The notes under the pieces are model-generated. The model ran no database searches. It saw nothing but the letters and a program-made list of their open reading frames with translations, and had not been told where the DNA came from. Positions 40,273-51,832 of a DNA stretch of 64,000 nucleotides are shown piece after piece. Source of the DNA: Octopus sinensis (Eukaryota); NCBI RefSeq assembly GCF_006345805.1, contig NC_043005.1, positions 47,182,001-47,246,000 of the forward strand. The letters are read 5' to 3'. How positions within the stretch are numbered: the first letter of the stretch is position 1; each line of letters starts with the position of its first letter. Both the position numbers and the translations under genes were made by a program.

Positions 40273-40989
40273 ATATATATATATATATATATACAGGGAG
40301 AGAGAGTGAGAGGGAAATCTGTGTGTATGTACGTACGTATGTATTTATATATGTACTTTTGTTTACATACATATGTACGTCTGCATACAGTTCTCTGAAT
40401 AAATTGTGTGTGTATATATGTGTGTGTACGCGCGTGTGTATGTATGTGTTGTATATATACATGTTACGTGTGATTCGAAGTGAATAGTACGGCTTGTCAT
40501 TCTTACATGAAATATTTTTGAGTTTAGCAGTATATGCCGATAACGGCGTATTCATTGAGATACTTAAACAGCTTTATTGTTAATCCCAAAGTCGCAATCC
40601 ATATTATTCACTTTAATCTTTTCAATTGAACGTTGAAATAATTCCTTAAATACCAAAGCAGTTCTGATATTGAATGTTTATCTTATGATATCGAAGGTGA
40701 ATATGGTACCTATCTGACGGAAATAACTTTACATTTCTGAAATGCTCCTATATCATGGCAGAAAAATTTTCTGTACTAACTGAAGAACTCAAGGTTCGAA
40801 TCAAATCGTTGTATTGTCGCTGAATTTCACGGGTGCTAAAAGTAATTTGCTATTTAATTGCAGTATCCACTACATCGAGAATGCTTGGTATATGCTGTAT
40901 AATTAGATATTACTGTATATCGCTATATTTAATTCAACTCTACATTGCTATATTTAATTCAAAGCAGTTTAGTGCTCCTCTGATTGGTC

Positions 40990-41220
40990 CTTTCTACTAT
41001 AGGCACAAAGTCTGTAATTTTAGTGGGGAGAGCATAAGTCAATTACATCGACCCCCATCCCCACCCTCGCCCCCGTTCTCGACTGGTATTTATTCCATCG
41101 ACCCGGAAAGTATGAAAAGCAAAGGTGACCTCGGCGGCATTTGAATTCTCAACGTAACGATGGACGAAATGCCGCTAAGTAGTATTTTGTCCAGTGTGCT
41201 TAACGATTCTGCCGGCGCGC
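40990..41220 (-). mobile_element. SINE family B, degenerate, alternative tail
   Basis: ATCGACCCGGAAAG.ATGAAAAGCAAAGGTGACCTCGGCGGCATTTGAA. Confidence 0.75.
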
Positions 41221-43523
41221 TGTTTTAGGTGCTTCTTTACCTTTAAAATATTAACGTTTTCAGAAAGAACTGCAGTATTGTAGATTAGAATACAGAATTC
41301 AAATCTTTCCATGTGCGACTCTTGAAGGAAAGTGAAACATCACCAGGCAGTCTTGGCAGAAACACGATATAAGGTCGAGTCCGCTAACGAATATATCTTA
41401 GGCGCTTATGGAAATAAATACATTTTATGAGTGCAAGTATATTGTGGATGTGTGGTTAAGAAGTTCGCTTCACATCTTTATAATATGGATTACGTTTCTC
41501 TGAGGTACAACTTGGTGGGGTAACGTCTATCGTAGCGTCGGTCTAATAAACTTATAGTAACAGAAATTTGATAGATTAAGTCTAGGTGCAAGCCTGTCTG
41601 ACGGATATTTTCAGAATGGTACACTTTATCCGTTAATCGGTTTAACTCCACTATTTGTCCTCCCCCTTGGATACCTTTATTAATGAACACACTTCGTCAT
41701 AAGCATTCGAGCCACGTTTTCCGTTGAAGGCTTATTTCCGCCCATCCTAGCATCAGTTTTGGAAGAGACACTGAAAAACATTCTTACTTGGTTAAGAGAG
41801 AGAGAAAAAAGACATTGCTTCATGCTAGCAGCTTTTCCAATATTCAATATTGCTGTTTTGTGAAAATAGCTATTTCTTAATAGTTTAGATGAAAGTTAAT
41901 GATAGAATTAGCAAATATCATTTCAGCTGAAGACAAAAGTAAATATCCTACTTGTTGAAGTACGTATTTATTACTTGAAATGCTCTTCCGCATTCTAAGG
42001 AGAAGATCAACATACTGGCTTCATGTCAGTAAACAAAATACACAATACACCCATCATTGAAAAGAGGATCGATAGCAGTTTTGGCTACAATCAATGTTAT
42101 GCCTTGGCAATTTCTGTATCGTCTCTTCTCAACTGACTAGCTGCTGATCAGAATCCGCCTCAGTCGATAGAGCGTATCATTGAGTGACATGCTCTGAAGC
42201 CGATTGCTCATCGTCCAAACACTGAATGCCCAGAATTTGTCGGCGCTGTATCATTTTCACTAGTGAGACTACATCCGATGTTACATCTTCAATCAGAACC
42301 GAACGATAACTGACTGTTCTGGCCATTGAACCAACGAATTCCATTTGTGGAAGTTTTATGCAGCTCTGAATGTTAAATAAGCACAACTAACTGGAATTCA
42401 AATATGTTTGCTAAAGTTAAGACAGAAACCAGCTCTAATTAACAATGCTTGCCAGATGGAAATGAGGCATAACCCCAAGAGTTAGGTTCAATAACAACAA
42501 GGTATAACAATACTAAAAGGGTTACAGAAACGGTTATTGTATTCCATTTTGTGATGGATTATCTAGTAACAGTAGCAAATACTTTTAAAGGTATACAAAA
42601 GTAATTAAATACATATATGAATATATGCTTGCATATATCTAAAACACACATACACTCATATGTATATAAGTACCTATGGATGTGTGTGTGTATGTGAACA
42701 CAACTTGCCCACACACACGCACAAACACACACACACGCACATATATATATATGTATATATTCACACACACGCACATATACACATATATGATAGTTACAAC
42801 TGTAATGCATCCACTTGTTTGTACTGTGAAACAGAAGCAGCACTAAAGTGGCTGTTCACACCTGCTAGCGGCTTACACACTTCTGTACACATGCAGTAAA
42901 TATGGGCGCCTCTTGCAGTAGATGTTACAATGTTGTTTTTGTGAACTTTCTTAGGACGTTTTGATCCACTTCCTGGCGCACATTGTTTTCGACGCTTCCA
43001 CACTGCAAGTACTGTAATTAGAGATGTCACATAATGCATAGTTAATAACTTCCCTGTGTGTGAGATTTCTCTGACGACTTATTGACACACGCACGCTTGT
43101 TATATGTTAAATCGAGATGTGCGAGAACACGCGCAAGCAAATTAATATCAAGACTATAGCGAACATTTCTCTTAAGCTTTCGTACTTGGCTCAATTTCGC
43201 TCGAATTCCTTCCTTTCATGCACTACTTTCCTTCGTGATGAATGATTCAAAATGAAGTCTTCCCCGTACATTTTCTAAGATTTTGAGCTCTGTCAGTGCT
43301 TTTTTTACGCAGCCCTTATCTTTGAAATTCGATTTGTTAGCTGGCCTAACTCAACATACACAAAATTATGTGGGGATACGATCATCTTCCATCCTAGCCA
43401 CATAATCACTCCCTCGTAATCGGTGCTGAAGTACTAGAGATTTCCAGGACTTAAAATTCATTTGCTATCCATAACTAGTATTCAGTGGGGAGACTATTTG
43501 TGAAATCGCTCCAGCCTTTTCAC

Positions 43524-43595
43524 GTAGCACCGGTAAGTAACCTCATATGCATACAACATGTAGCACCGGTAAGTAACCTCATATGCATATAACAA
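43524..43595. repeat. 36-bp tandem duplication
   Basis: GTAGCACCGGTAAGTAACCTCATATGCATA at 43524 and 43560. Confidence 0.95.
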
Positions 43596-44168
43596 CGAAG
43601 ACAAAACACAAGCATCCTAAACCGTCAACTTATCTCAACTGAAATTCCATACGAGGCCATGAACATCTGCAAAATTTTCCAAATACATCAATAATTTTTG
43701 ATTCGGAGAAGCATTTAATCCACAATCAGCTGTTTTTGGTGCCCGAAGTATTTTGTCTAGATCTGTGGTGAGTAAAGAAAATTAAACTAGATACAGTAGA
43801 AAGTCAAGAATTGCAAAAAAGATTAGGTTTCTATACTGGTGTAGTCAATATAGGGTGGAGTAGGGGCGGAGATTCAAGAGCTTAAAGTCACTGAAAAATT
43901 TCGAAGAGGAATTAAGTGACATAGTTGTTCTCGATGCAGAAGGAAATATGCAGACGAAAAACTTGGCAAAATTTGGAGTTTGGCAAGTGAACTTTTGAGA
44001 AGAGGCAGATGTACCTGGAGGAGTGGAAGAATGACATTTATACAACAATCTACAATATCATTTTCTCACTGTTTTTTTTTTACGTTTGCGTTTTGATAAA
44101 CTCGAATAAACTCTCTCCAAATTACATATATGTCTACACACACACACAAATGTATATATATATTTATA

Positions 44169-44206
<38 letters not shown>

Positions 44207-44210
<4 letters not shown>

Positions 44211-44306
44211 ATCCAAACATGAAAACGCAAAGAGAAAACACAACAACGCGAGGACGTGGAACAAGTATAGTGTTATTGGACGCTAAGGAAAGGAAGGAAA
44301 GAAGGA
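44207..44306 (-). mobile_element. Possible Penelope-like terminal fragment next to (TA)n
   Basis: TATTGGACGCTAAGGA weakly resembles TAGTATAACGCTCAGGA of the 46001-46131 repeat; truncated by a SINE. Confidence 0.3.
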
Positions 44307-44439
44307 GCATGGTTCCGGGTTCAGTCCCACTGCGTGTCACTTTGGGCAAGTGTCTTCTGCTATAGCCCCGGGCCGACCAATGCCTTGTGAGTGGATTTGG
44401 TAGACGGAAACTGAAAGAAGCCCGTCATATATGTATATG

Positions 44440-44480
<41 letters not shown>

Positions 44481-44632
44481 TTGTGTCTGTTACCCAACAT
44501 CAGTAAAAGAAACCGATAGAATAAGTACTAGGCTTACAAAGAATAAGTCCTGGGGTAGATTTCCTCGACTAAAGGCGGTGCTCCAATATGGCCGCAGTCA
44601 TATGACTGAAACAAGTAAAAGAGTAAAAGAGA
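44307..44632 (+). mobile_element. SINE family A, 5'-truncated
   Basis: CATGGTTCCGGGTTCAGTCCCACTGCG...GACTGAAACAAGTAAAAGAGTAAAAGAG. Confidence 0.9.
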
Positions 44633-44685
44633 GTGTACACACACACATATTTATACAGATATATACATAGGTACATACATACAGA

Positions 44686-44754
44686 CAGATAGACAGAGAG
44701 AGAGACAGATAGATAGATAGATAGAGAGACAGGTAGATAGATAGACAGACAGAC

Positions 44755-44813
<59 letters not shown>

Positions 44814-44836
44814 CAGGTAGATAGATAGACAGACAC

Positions 44837-44930
<94 letters not shown>
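44686..44930. repeat. (AGAT)n/(AGAC)n microsatellite
   Basis: Directly visible. Confidence 0.96.
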
Positions 44931-44931
<1 letters not shown>

Positions 44932-45212
44932 TGTTTCTTTATTAGCCACACAGGGTTGCACACAGACAGAACAAATTACAAGGTAGAGCTTTTCTTTTGG
45001 GGTAAAAAAGAGGGGGTTGGTTTTCGATCAAAAGGGATCGTAAAAGGAAAGAAAGAGGACAAAAAAAGGGGAGGATTTTAAAAAGGGGGGGGAGCGAAAA
45101 AAAAAGAAAAGGGGAGAGGAAAAAAAAAAGTTGATCAATAGGGATCGTAATCACAGAAATGTCAATATGAAGTGTAAAGGGGAGGACAGGGGAGGTTTAC
45201 CCGTGAAAAGCC
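44931..45212 (-). mobile_element. 3' end of an unidentified retroelement embedded in (GATA)n
   Basis: Pyrimidine-rich minus strand ending GTGTGGCTAATAAAGAAACAT followed by (CTAT)n; (TAGA)n on the other side too. Confidence 0.5.
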
Positions 45213-45684
45213 TAGATAGATAGATAGAAAAACAAAAGACAAGACTTTATATAACTCTTTAGCGACATCGTTTTACTCGACGATAAAGGATAAATATCAG
45301 TTATACGAGAAAAATCTTACAGTCTGAAAGCTTTGTCAATATATGTATGTATTCATGTATGTGTGTAAAGAATTCGATTTTTGCTGACTGGTACATTCGC
45401 AAATCAACAATCGAAGCATAATATAATAACTATACGAATAAGGCCTTACACCCACACAAACACGCGCGCGCATACATATAATATATATATATATACATAC
45501 ATATATCCTCATGCATATATCCACAAACACCCGTGCTCATACGTATATATTGACATGAAAATGTATATTTATATATAAGTCTGCGTGCATTATTTTATGT
45601 GCACGTATGCATTTATGTGTGTGTGTGTACATATTTAAACATCCACAAACATATGTATGCACGTGTGTGTATGTATGTGTATGC

Positions 45685-45746
<62 letters not shown>

Positions 45747-45956
45747 CTGTTTTGAATAAACATAATGTCAACCTCTTTGTACAAAGACGGCACTACGACT
45801 ACATGACGAACCTGAGTTTAGTACCACGTCCACTAGTCCATTAGTTTTGACGTTTTATCACCTGTGTCTGTGTCTTATACATACATATATACATACCTAA
45901 TACACATACAGACACACAGACAGACACACACAGATACACACATAGATACATACACA

Positions 45957-46000
<44 letters not shown>

Positions 46001-46131
46001 GGGAGAGTTCACGAAAAAGGACAAAAGACGAAGACAGGTGGTGTAGAAAACAAACAGATGTATTAGTATAACGCTCAGGAATTGAAAAAGTCTTTTACGT
46101 TTCGAGCCTACGCTTTTCTACAGAAAGCGAC
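46001..46131 (-). mobile_element. Penelope-like terminal repeat with hammerhead motif, second copy
   Basis: Homologous to 16785-16917; minus strand GTCGCTTT-CTGTAGA-A-AAGC-GTAG-GCTC-GAA-ACGT-A-AAAGAC at 46131-46090. Confidence 0.7.
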
Positions 46132-46413
46132 ACAGAAAAAAAAACAAGGAGAGAAACAAGGAGAGAAAAAAATGTGTGTAGTGGCTACCGATTTATCATG
46201 GCCACAGGCAATGATGTGTATGCATATATGTGTTTGTGTAAGCTCTAATCCGAGCAGTCGAGATGCTCTCTGGTATGTCCAGAAGAGCTGGACCTGTAGT
46301 TTATTTCCACAATGGAGCTTAAAGTGTGTTGGTTAACCAGTCGGATATGGTAAGAAAAGTTCATATGCGTATTTTTAAGAATAGAAATTTAACTAAGATA
46401 AACAATTATAAAT

Positions 46414-46563
46414 AATATTCGTAGCCACTTTAACATGGCTGTCTATTCGAGCAGACACTATTGCGATTTTTTAACCCCAAGAGGGCATCTCCTCTTGGGG
46501 TTAAAAAAAATCACTGTAGAGTCCGCTCGAATGGACAGCCATGTTAAAGTGGCTACGAATATT
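46414..46563. repeat. 150-bp imperfect palindrome (foldback or MITE-like)
   Basis: AATATTCGTAGCCACTTTAACATGGCTGTC pairs with GACAGCCATGTTAAAGTGGCTACGAATATT; central CCCCAAGAGG-GCATCT-CCTCTTGGGG. Confidence 0.95.
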
Positions 46564-46780
46564 GCTTGTCAGTACAACTACTGCGTTGATCTCTTAGAGA
46601 AATTTTAAAACTAGCATTTATGGTTGTAAACAATTATACTTTTCTATCCCATATTATACATAATTTAAACACGTATATGCGTGCGTGAGTTCTGCAAAAC
46701 GCAATGATATTTCACCAAAAAAGTAATTAGCTTTCCACATTCAGACCAGTATACTGAAATTAATTTTGTGTCTGTCTCTA

Positions 46781-47337
46781 TCTTTTACTTGTTTCAGTTA
46801 TTACACTGAAGCCATTTTGGGGCACCGACTTGAATTTTTAGTCAAATGAATGGACCCCAGTACTTTCTTTAAAGCCCGGTACTTATACTACCGGCTACTT
46901 TTGCCGAACTGCTAAGTTACGGGGACGCGAACACACCAAAACTGGTTGTCAAGTGTGGTAGAGGGGGGACAAACACAGGTGCAAAGACATACATATACTC
47001 ATATATATATATATGCAGTGAGGGCGCGTGGCTTAGTGGTTAGGGCATTCGGCTCATGATCGTAAGGTTGTGAGTTCGATTCCCGGCGACGCGTTGTGTC
47101 CTTGAGCAAGACACTTTATTTCACGTTGCTCCAGTCCACTCAGCTGGCAAAAATGAGTTGTACTTGTATTTCAAAGGGTCAGCCTTGTCACTCTCTGTGT
47201 CACGCTGATTATCCCCGAGAACTACGTTAAGGGTACACGTGTCTGTGGAATGCTCAGCCATTTGCACGTTAATTTCACGAGCAAGCTGTTCCGTTGATCG
47301 TATCAGCTGGGACCCTCGTCGTCGTAACCGGCGGAGT

Positions 47338-47375
<38 letters not shown>

Positions 47376-47532
47376 GACGGGCGTCCTTCAGTTTCTGTCT
47401 ACCAAATCCACTCACAAGACTTTGGTCGGCCCTAGGCTAAAGTAGAAGACACTTACCAAGATGCCACGCAGTGGAACTGAATCCGAAAACCATGTGGTTG
47501 GGAAGCAAGCTTCTTACAACACAGCCACGCCT
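46781..47532 (-). mobile_element. SINE family A copy split by a nested CORE-SINE
   Basis: 3' half 46781-46980 and 5' half 47374-47532, separated by (TA)n and the element at 47023-47340. Confidence 0.85.
47023..47340 (+). mobile_element. tRNA-derived CORE-type SINE, tail variant 1
   Basis: A box TGGCTTAGTGG, B box GTTCGATTCC, CORE-like TGTCCTTGAGCAAGACACTTTATTTCACGTTGCTCCAGTCCACTCAGCTG. Confidence 0.9.
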
Positions 47533-47738
47533 GATATTGAGTTTTCGTTTTCGATCTTTTTTACTAATTTAACAGCAGCCTTATAGTTTCGGTAAAGTAT
47601 AAACAGAATTATTAATCAATGTCTATTTTATACACAACACAAGTAAATAGGAAGAACTGAAATAAATTTAAAGATAAGAATCTCTTCCTCTGAGTGTAAT
47701 AGATATGTAACATCCTTTCTTTGCTCTTGGTGAATATG

Positions 47739-47967
47739 TTTCTTTATTACCCACAAGGGGCTAAACATAGAGGGGACAAACAAGGACAGACAAACGGATT
47801 AAGTCGATTACATCGACCCCAGTGCGTAACTGGTACTTAATTTATCGACCCCGAAAAGATGAAAGGCAAAGTCGACCTCGGCGGAATTTGAACTCAGAAC
47901 GTAACGGCAGACGAAATACGGCTACGCATTACACCCGGCGTGCTAACGTTTCTGCCAGCTCGCCGCC
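47739..47967 (-). mobile_element. SINE family B full copy with TSD
   Basis: TGCTCTTGGTG at 47722-47732 and 47971-47981. Confidence 0.93.
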
Positions 47968-48172
47968 TTATGCTCTTGGTGTATAGAGACAATTTGGAAT
48001 CTCCTGATAATCCGTTTCCTGATTTCTTGACTGTTCCTCAATGAAGTTGTACACTTCCTTCTGCTGCCATCACTAGCATAGGGCAGCTGCATTATGAAGC
48101 ACTCATAAATTAGGCTAGCACATAAGAATATAACCTAATGTGAGTATTTGTTCTGGTACTCATCATAAATTC

Positions 48173-48414
48173 CTCTTTACTCTTTTACTCTTTTACTTGT
48201 TTCAGTCATTAGACTGCGGCCATGCTGGAGCACCGCCTTTAGTTGAGCAAATCGATCCCAGGACTTATTCTTTGTAAGCCTAGTACTTATTCTATCGGTC
48301 TCTTTTGCCGAGCCGCTAAGTTACGGGGACGTAAACACACCAGCAACGGTTGTCAAGCGATGTTAGGGGGACAAACACAGACACACAAACATACACACAC
48401 ACACACACACACAT

Positions 48415-48475
<61 letters not shown>

Positions 48476-48608
48476 ATACGACGAGCTTCTTTCAGTTTCC
48501 GTCTACCAAGTCCAATCACAAGGCTTTAGTCGGCCCGAGGCTATAGTAGAAGACACTTGCCCAAGGTGCTACGCAGTGGGACTGAAACCGGAACCATGTG
48601 GTTCGTAA
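48173..48608 (-). mobile_element. SINE family A, nearly complete, low divergence
   Basis: Reverse complement of the family A body with an internal (CA)n(TA)n tract. Confidence 0.93.
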
Positions 48609-50682
48609 GATATATTAGACAATATTTTATATACAACATAGCGTAAATAAAACTTAAATATATTTAAACAATAGGAAGTTCTCACAAAATATAAGTTGGT
48701 CTACCTAGAAGTGTTTCATGTTTCTTTTACGTGTAGTATGTTGAACAAAATTCACTTCATGTTCTGATGGAAGAGTTGACGGGTGCATTAAAGCCCCACT
48801 TTATTTACATTCATTCATGCGCAATATATTAATACCAGTAGTACACTAAAACATTTTAAATTATGTTGAAGAAATACATCATTACACTAGATTCGATCTA
48901 TAGACTATGTTCTTGAAGGCATAAATATTTAGCCCTTTAATTTCATTGAGTTATATATATATCTATAATTAATCTCACAGCTTGCTAATAATTTATTAAT
49001 TATAGATGTTTGTACGTCGGCATAGAGGAGATCAAAAATACCGATAAATCCAGAGATTGTGTATGGTGCTGAGGAATAATACCCAGAAGATGAAACCGGC
49101 TTAGAATGAGTGTTGATAAGAAGATATAATCATTTTGGTGCAAATATATATGAAGATTAATCGAAAAAGGTAAATTAAATCATTGCAAATATTTATAAAG
49201 CGTTGCAAATGAAGATTCTAACATACAAACAACAGTTTCCTCAGGATGTTTTTAACAATTAGATTTTTTAGTTTTCTCCATATATATTCAATTTTCACGG
49301 ATTTGAAAAGAATTTAGTTTTTCTTATACCGAAAATTTTGATATATAGATGAACCTTCGGATATTCATACCGTCTCAATAGCATTAATGGTGCAAATAAT
49401 GTAAAATTGATATAAGCGGGATGTCAATGTGTGTTACATTGTAAAAATTGTTTTGCAGATTATTTCTACTGTATTGCGAAGAAACATTAAAAACATACAG
49501 ATTTTTTTTCCTTTTCCCTCACATCAAATTCCCTTAGTTTTTATAAATACGTAAGTTGAACAGAAATTCATTTAATGAAACAGCTATGTATTTTATGGAT
49601 TACGGCTTCTTATACTGTTGTTATTCTCCAACTGTTATCGATTCTGTTGCATAAACGTTCTTCAGTCACAAAAGATTAACAGAAAAAAAAAGAAGAAAAA
49701 GACAAATCATTCATGTGGAAAGGTATACCTTACTTCGCGTGTCTTTGAAATAACATTTCAATCAGTGAACATTAGCAAGTCAGTCCGAGTTGAGTTAAAA
49801 CCTAAGTAGACTTAGTCTGCCAGTATTGTTGAACCGGAAATTTCTGCGCAAAAATTAGAAGAAAAAAACAAATAAAGATAGAAAAATGGTTTCCAAATCT
49901 GAAAAACAGCACGGCATGTTCTCATTTTTCTTTGATTTTCTTCCAGATAAAGCTTTTCTGCGCATGCAATTTTAAGAAATGAATAACCTAGAAAAAATAC
50001 CGAAAGAAAAACCGCTATAATTCCATTATTTTCGGAGTGGAAGAAAACAAGTGGACTATTCTCAGTAGAAACCATTTTCTACTGGGCTGGCTTAATTTCC
50101 TTCTAAACCAAGTTCGGCATTTGTAAACCACAAATCATGAAAACTGTTGTGGGGTGGATTCGAGACTGAAGTTTCAATACGCTGATAATCAAAGGCGAGG
50201 AACTATTCCCAGCTGTTGTTGACCTTTCAACACAGAGATTAAATGCAGGAAGCATAGTGTATTCTTGGAGTGACGTAAAATCCAAATGAAAATGCACATG
50301 TCACAAAATGATCCTCTAAAATATTTTTCAAACATAGTGTCAATCCTCTAGAATTAATGAAGCAAAAGTATAGATCAATGTTGCCATAAAGGTTTCCATT
50401 CATGAATGGGGTAGGAAAAAATAAAATGAAGCTATTCTAGGTGAAAAACGAAACCTTATCATAGATTATATTTTACCTTATAAAACTAGATCAGCCAATA
50501 TCTAATGTGCTTCGTATATATATCTCCTCTATAAAAAGGATGCTTATTTTTAATTCCTTTTTTTTTGTAGTTTCAAAAAGGTGAAAGATAAACCTTTCTT
50601 TCAATTGAAATCCAATCTAAAATGGTGAATATTCCGACAAAATTTGATATTTAACTCAAATTGGTTGATGAACGAGGTCATA

Positions 50683-50891
50683 TACGAAGGGGTTCTGAAA
50701 ACTCCCTGGCTTTAAGAGTATCACGAAAGACCTGGTCGGAGGCCCAACCTTTCGAGTTCTTTTATAGGGCTTAAAAAATGGAAAGATAGTGAGAATCTCA
50801 AAGGTGAATATGTTGAATAAAAATTATAACCACCTGATCCTTCTGTATTTTTTTTTACCAAAAGTCAGGCACTTTTCAGCACCATCTAATA
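50683..50891. mobile_element. Mariner-derived MITE
   Basis: TIRs TACGAAGGGGTTCTGAAAACTCCCTGGCTTT and AAAGTCAGGCACTTTTCAGCACCATCTAATA; related copy at 55212. Confidence 0.75.
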
Positions 50892-51072
50892 GAATCCAAC
50901 GTTCTACCAAACAGCATAATGTAAAATTAAAAGTAAATACGAACTTACAAACACGAGACTAAATAGACACAATTGTTTTCTCTATATTTTATAAATATCA
51001 AGTGCCACAACAGAATTTCTAAATAGGAAGAGCTTTCACGGTATGATATAAATATATATATATATATATATA

Positions 51073-51246
51073 CTTTATTTAAAGCAGCAGAAAATTCAAC
51101 AAAACCTGTTACTCTGAGTTTCACGTTGCCGGCAACGTGAAACTCAGAGTAACAGGTTTTGTTGAATTTTCTGCTGCTTTAAATAAAGCATATTACTCTA
51201 CCACTGGTACTTTTTCCACCTTGTCTTACATTTATGTGTTTACTCC

Positions 51247-51248
<2 letters not shown>
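51073..51248 (+). mobile_element. Perfect 116-bp palindrome (51073-51188) plus a 60-bp tail, between (TA)n tracts; probable Penelope-like terminus with an inverted partial copy
   Basis: 58-bp arms with no spacer, axis GCC|GGC at 51130/51131. Confidence 0.65.
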
Positions 51249-51292
<44 letters not shown>

Positions 51293-51771
51293 CTAATCAA
51301 AATCTTATAAGATTAAAATTTTTTTTATTCTTTTACAGTATTCGAGCACTCCGGTAACTAACTAGACTTTGTTATAAAATAATGAATGAGAAGTGATGTA
51401 TGTATTTTTGCTGTGAATTAGATTTCAAAACTAACATTTATCTAAGGGTGTCCAACAAAAAGAATTAAGAGACCCTCTTGCAAAACTAGAGACCTACAAC
51501 AGAATCTAGATACTGCGTCCTATTAACCTATTCGCCATCACATAAATCTTTATATACATTAAATTTATTGTTTTATTAATCATTGTGAATGCACCATTAA
51601 AATTTATATAAATACTTTGGCAAGCTGCATAAACACTTCATAAAAATCTATAATGATTTATCACAATATATGTTATAGCTTTACCTATCAAAGAACGAGA
51701 ATAAATTCGGCTAAATTTTTACAATGCGTAAGTTATATAATTGCTGGTCTGTGTTAATTGCAGGCTTTCAC

Positions 51772-51832
<61 letters not shown>

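Noticed and set aside
47023-47095. tRNA gene, also considered at 62569
   Set aside because: A and B boxes are present but the acceptor and anticodon stems do not close, and it continues into a CORE-SINE body
50136-50222. ENCCGVDS...TIPSCC tetraspanin-like motif
   Set aside because: Bounded by stops on both sides with no usable splice sites; likely chance
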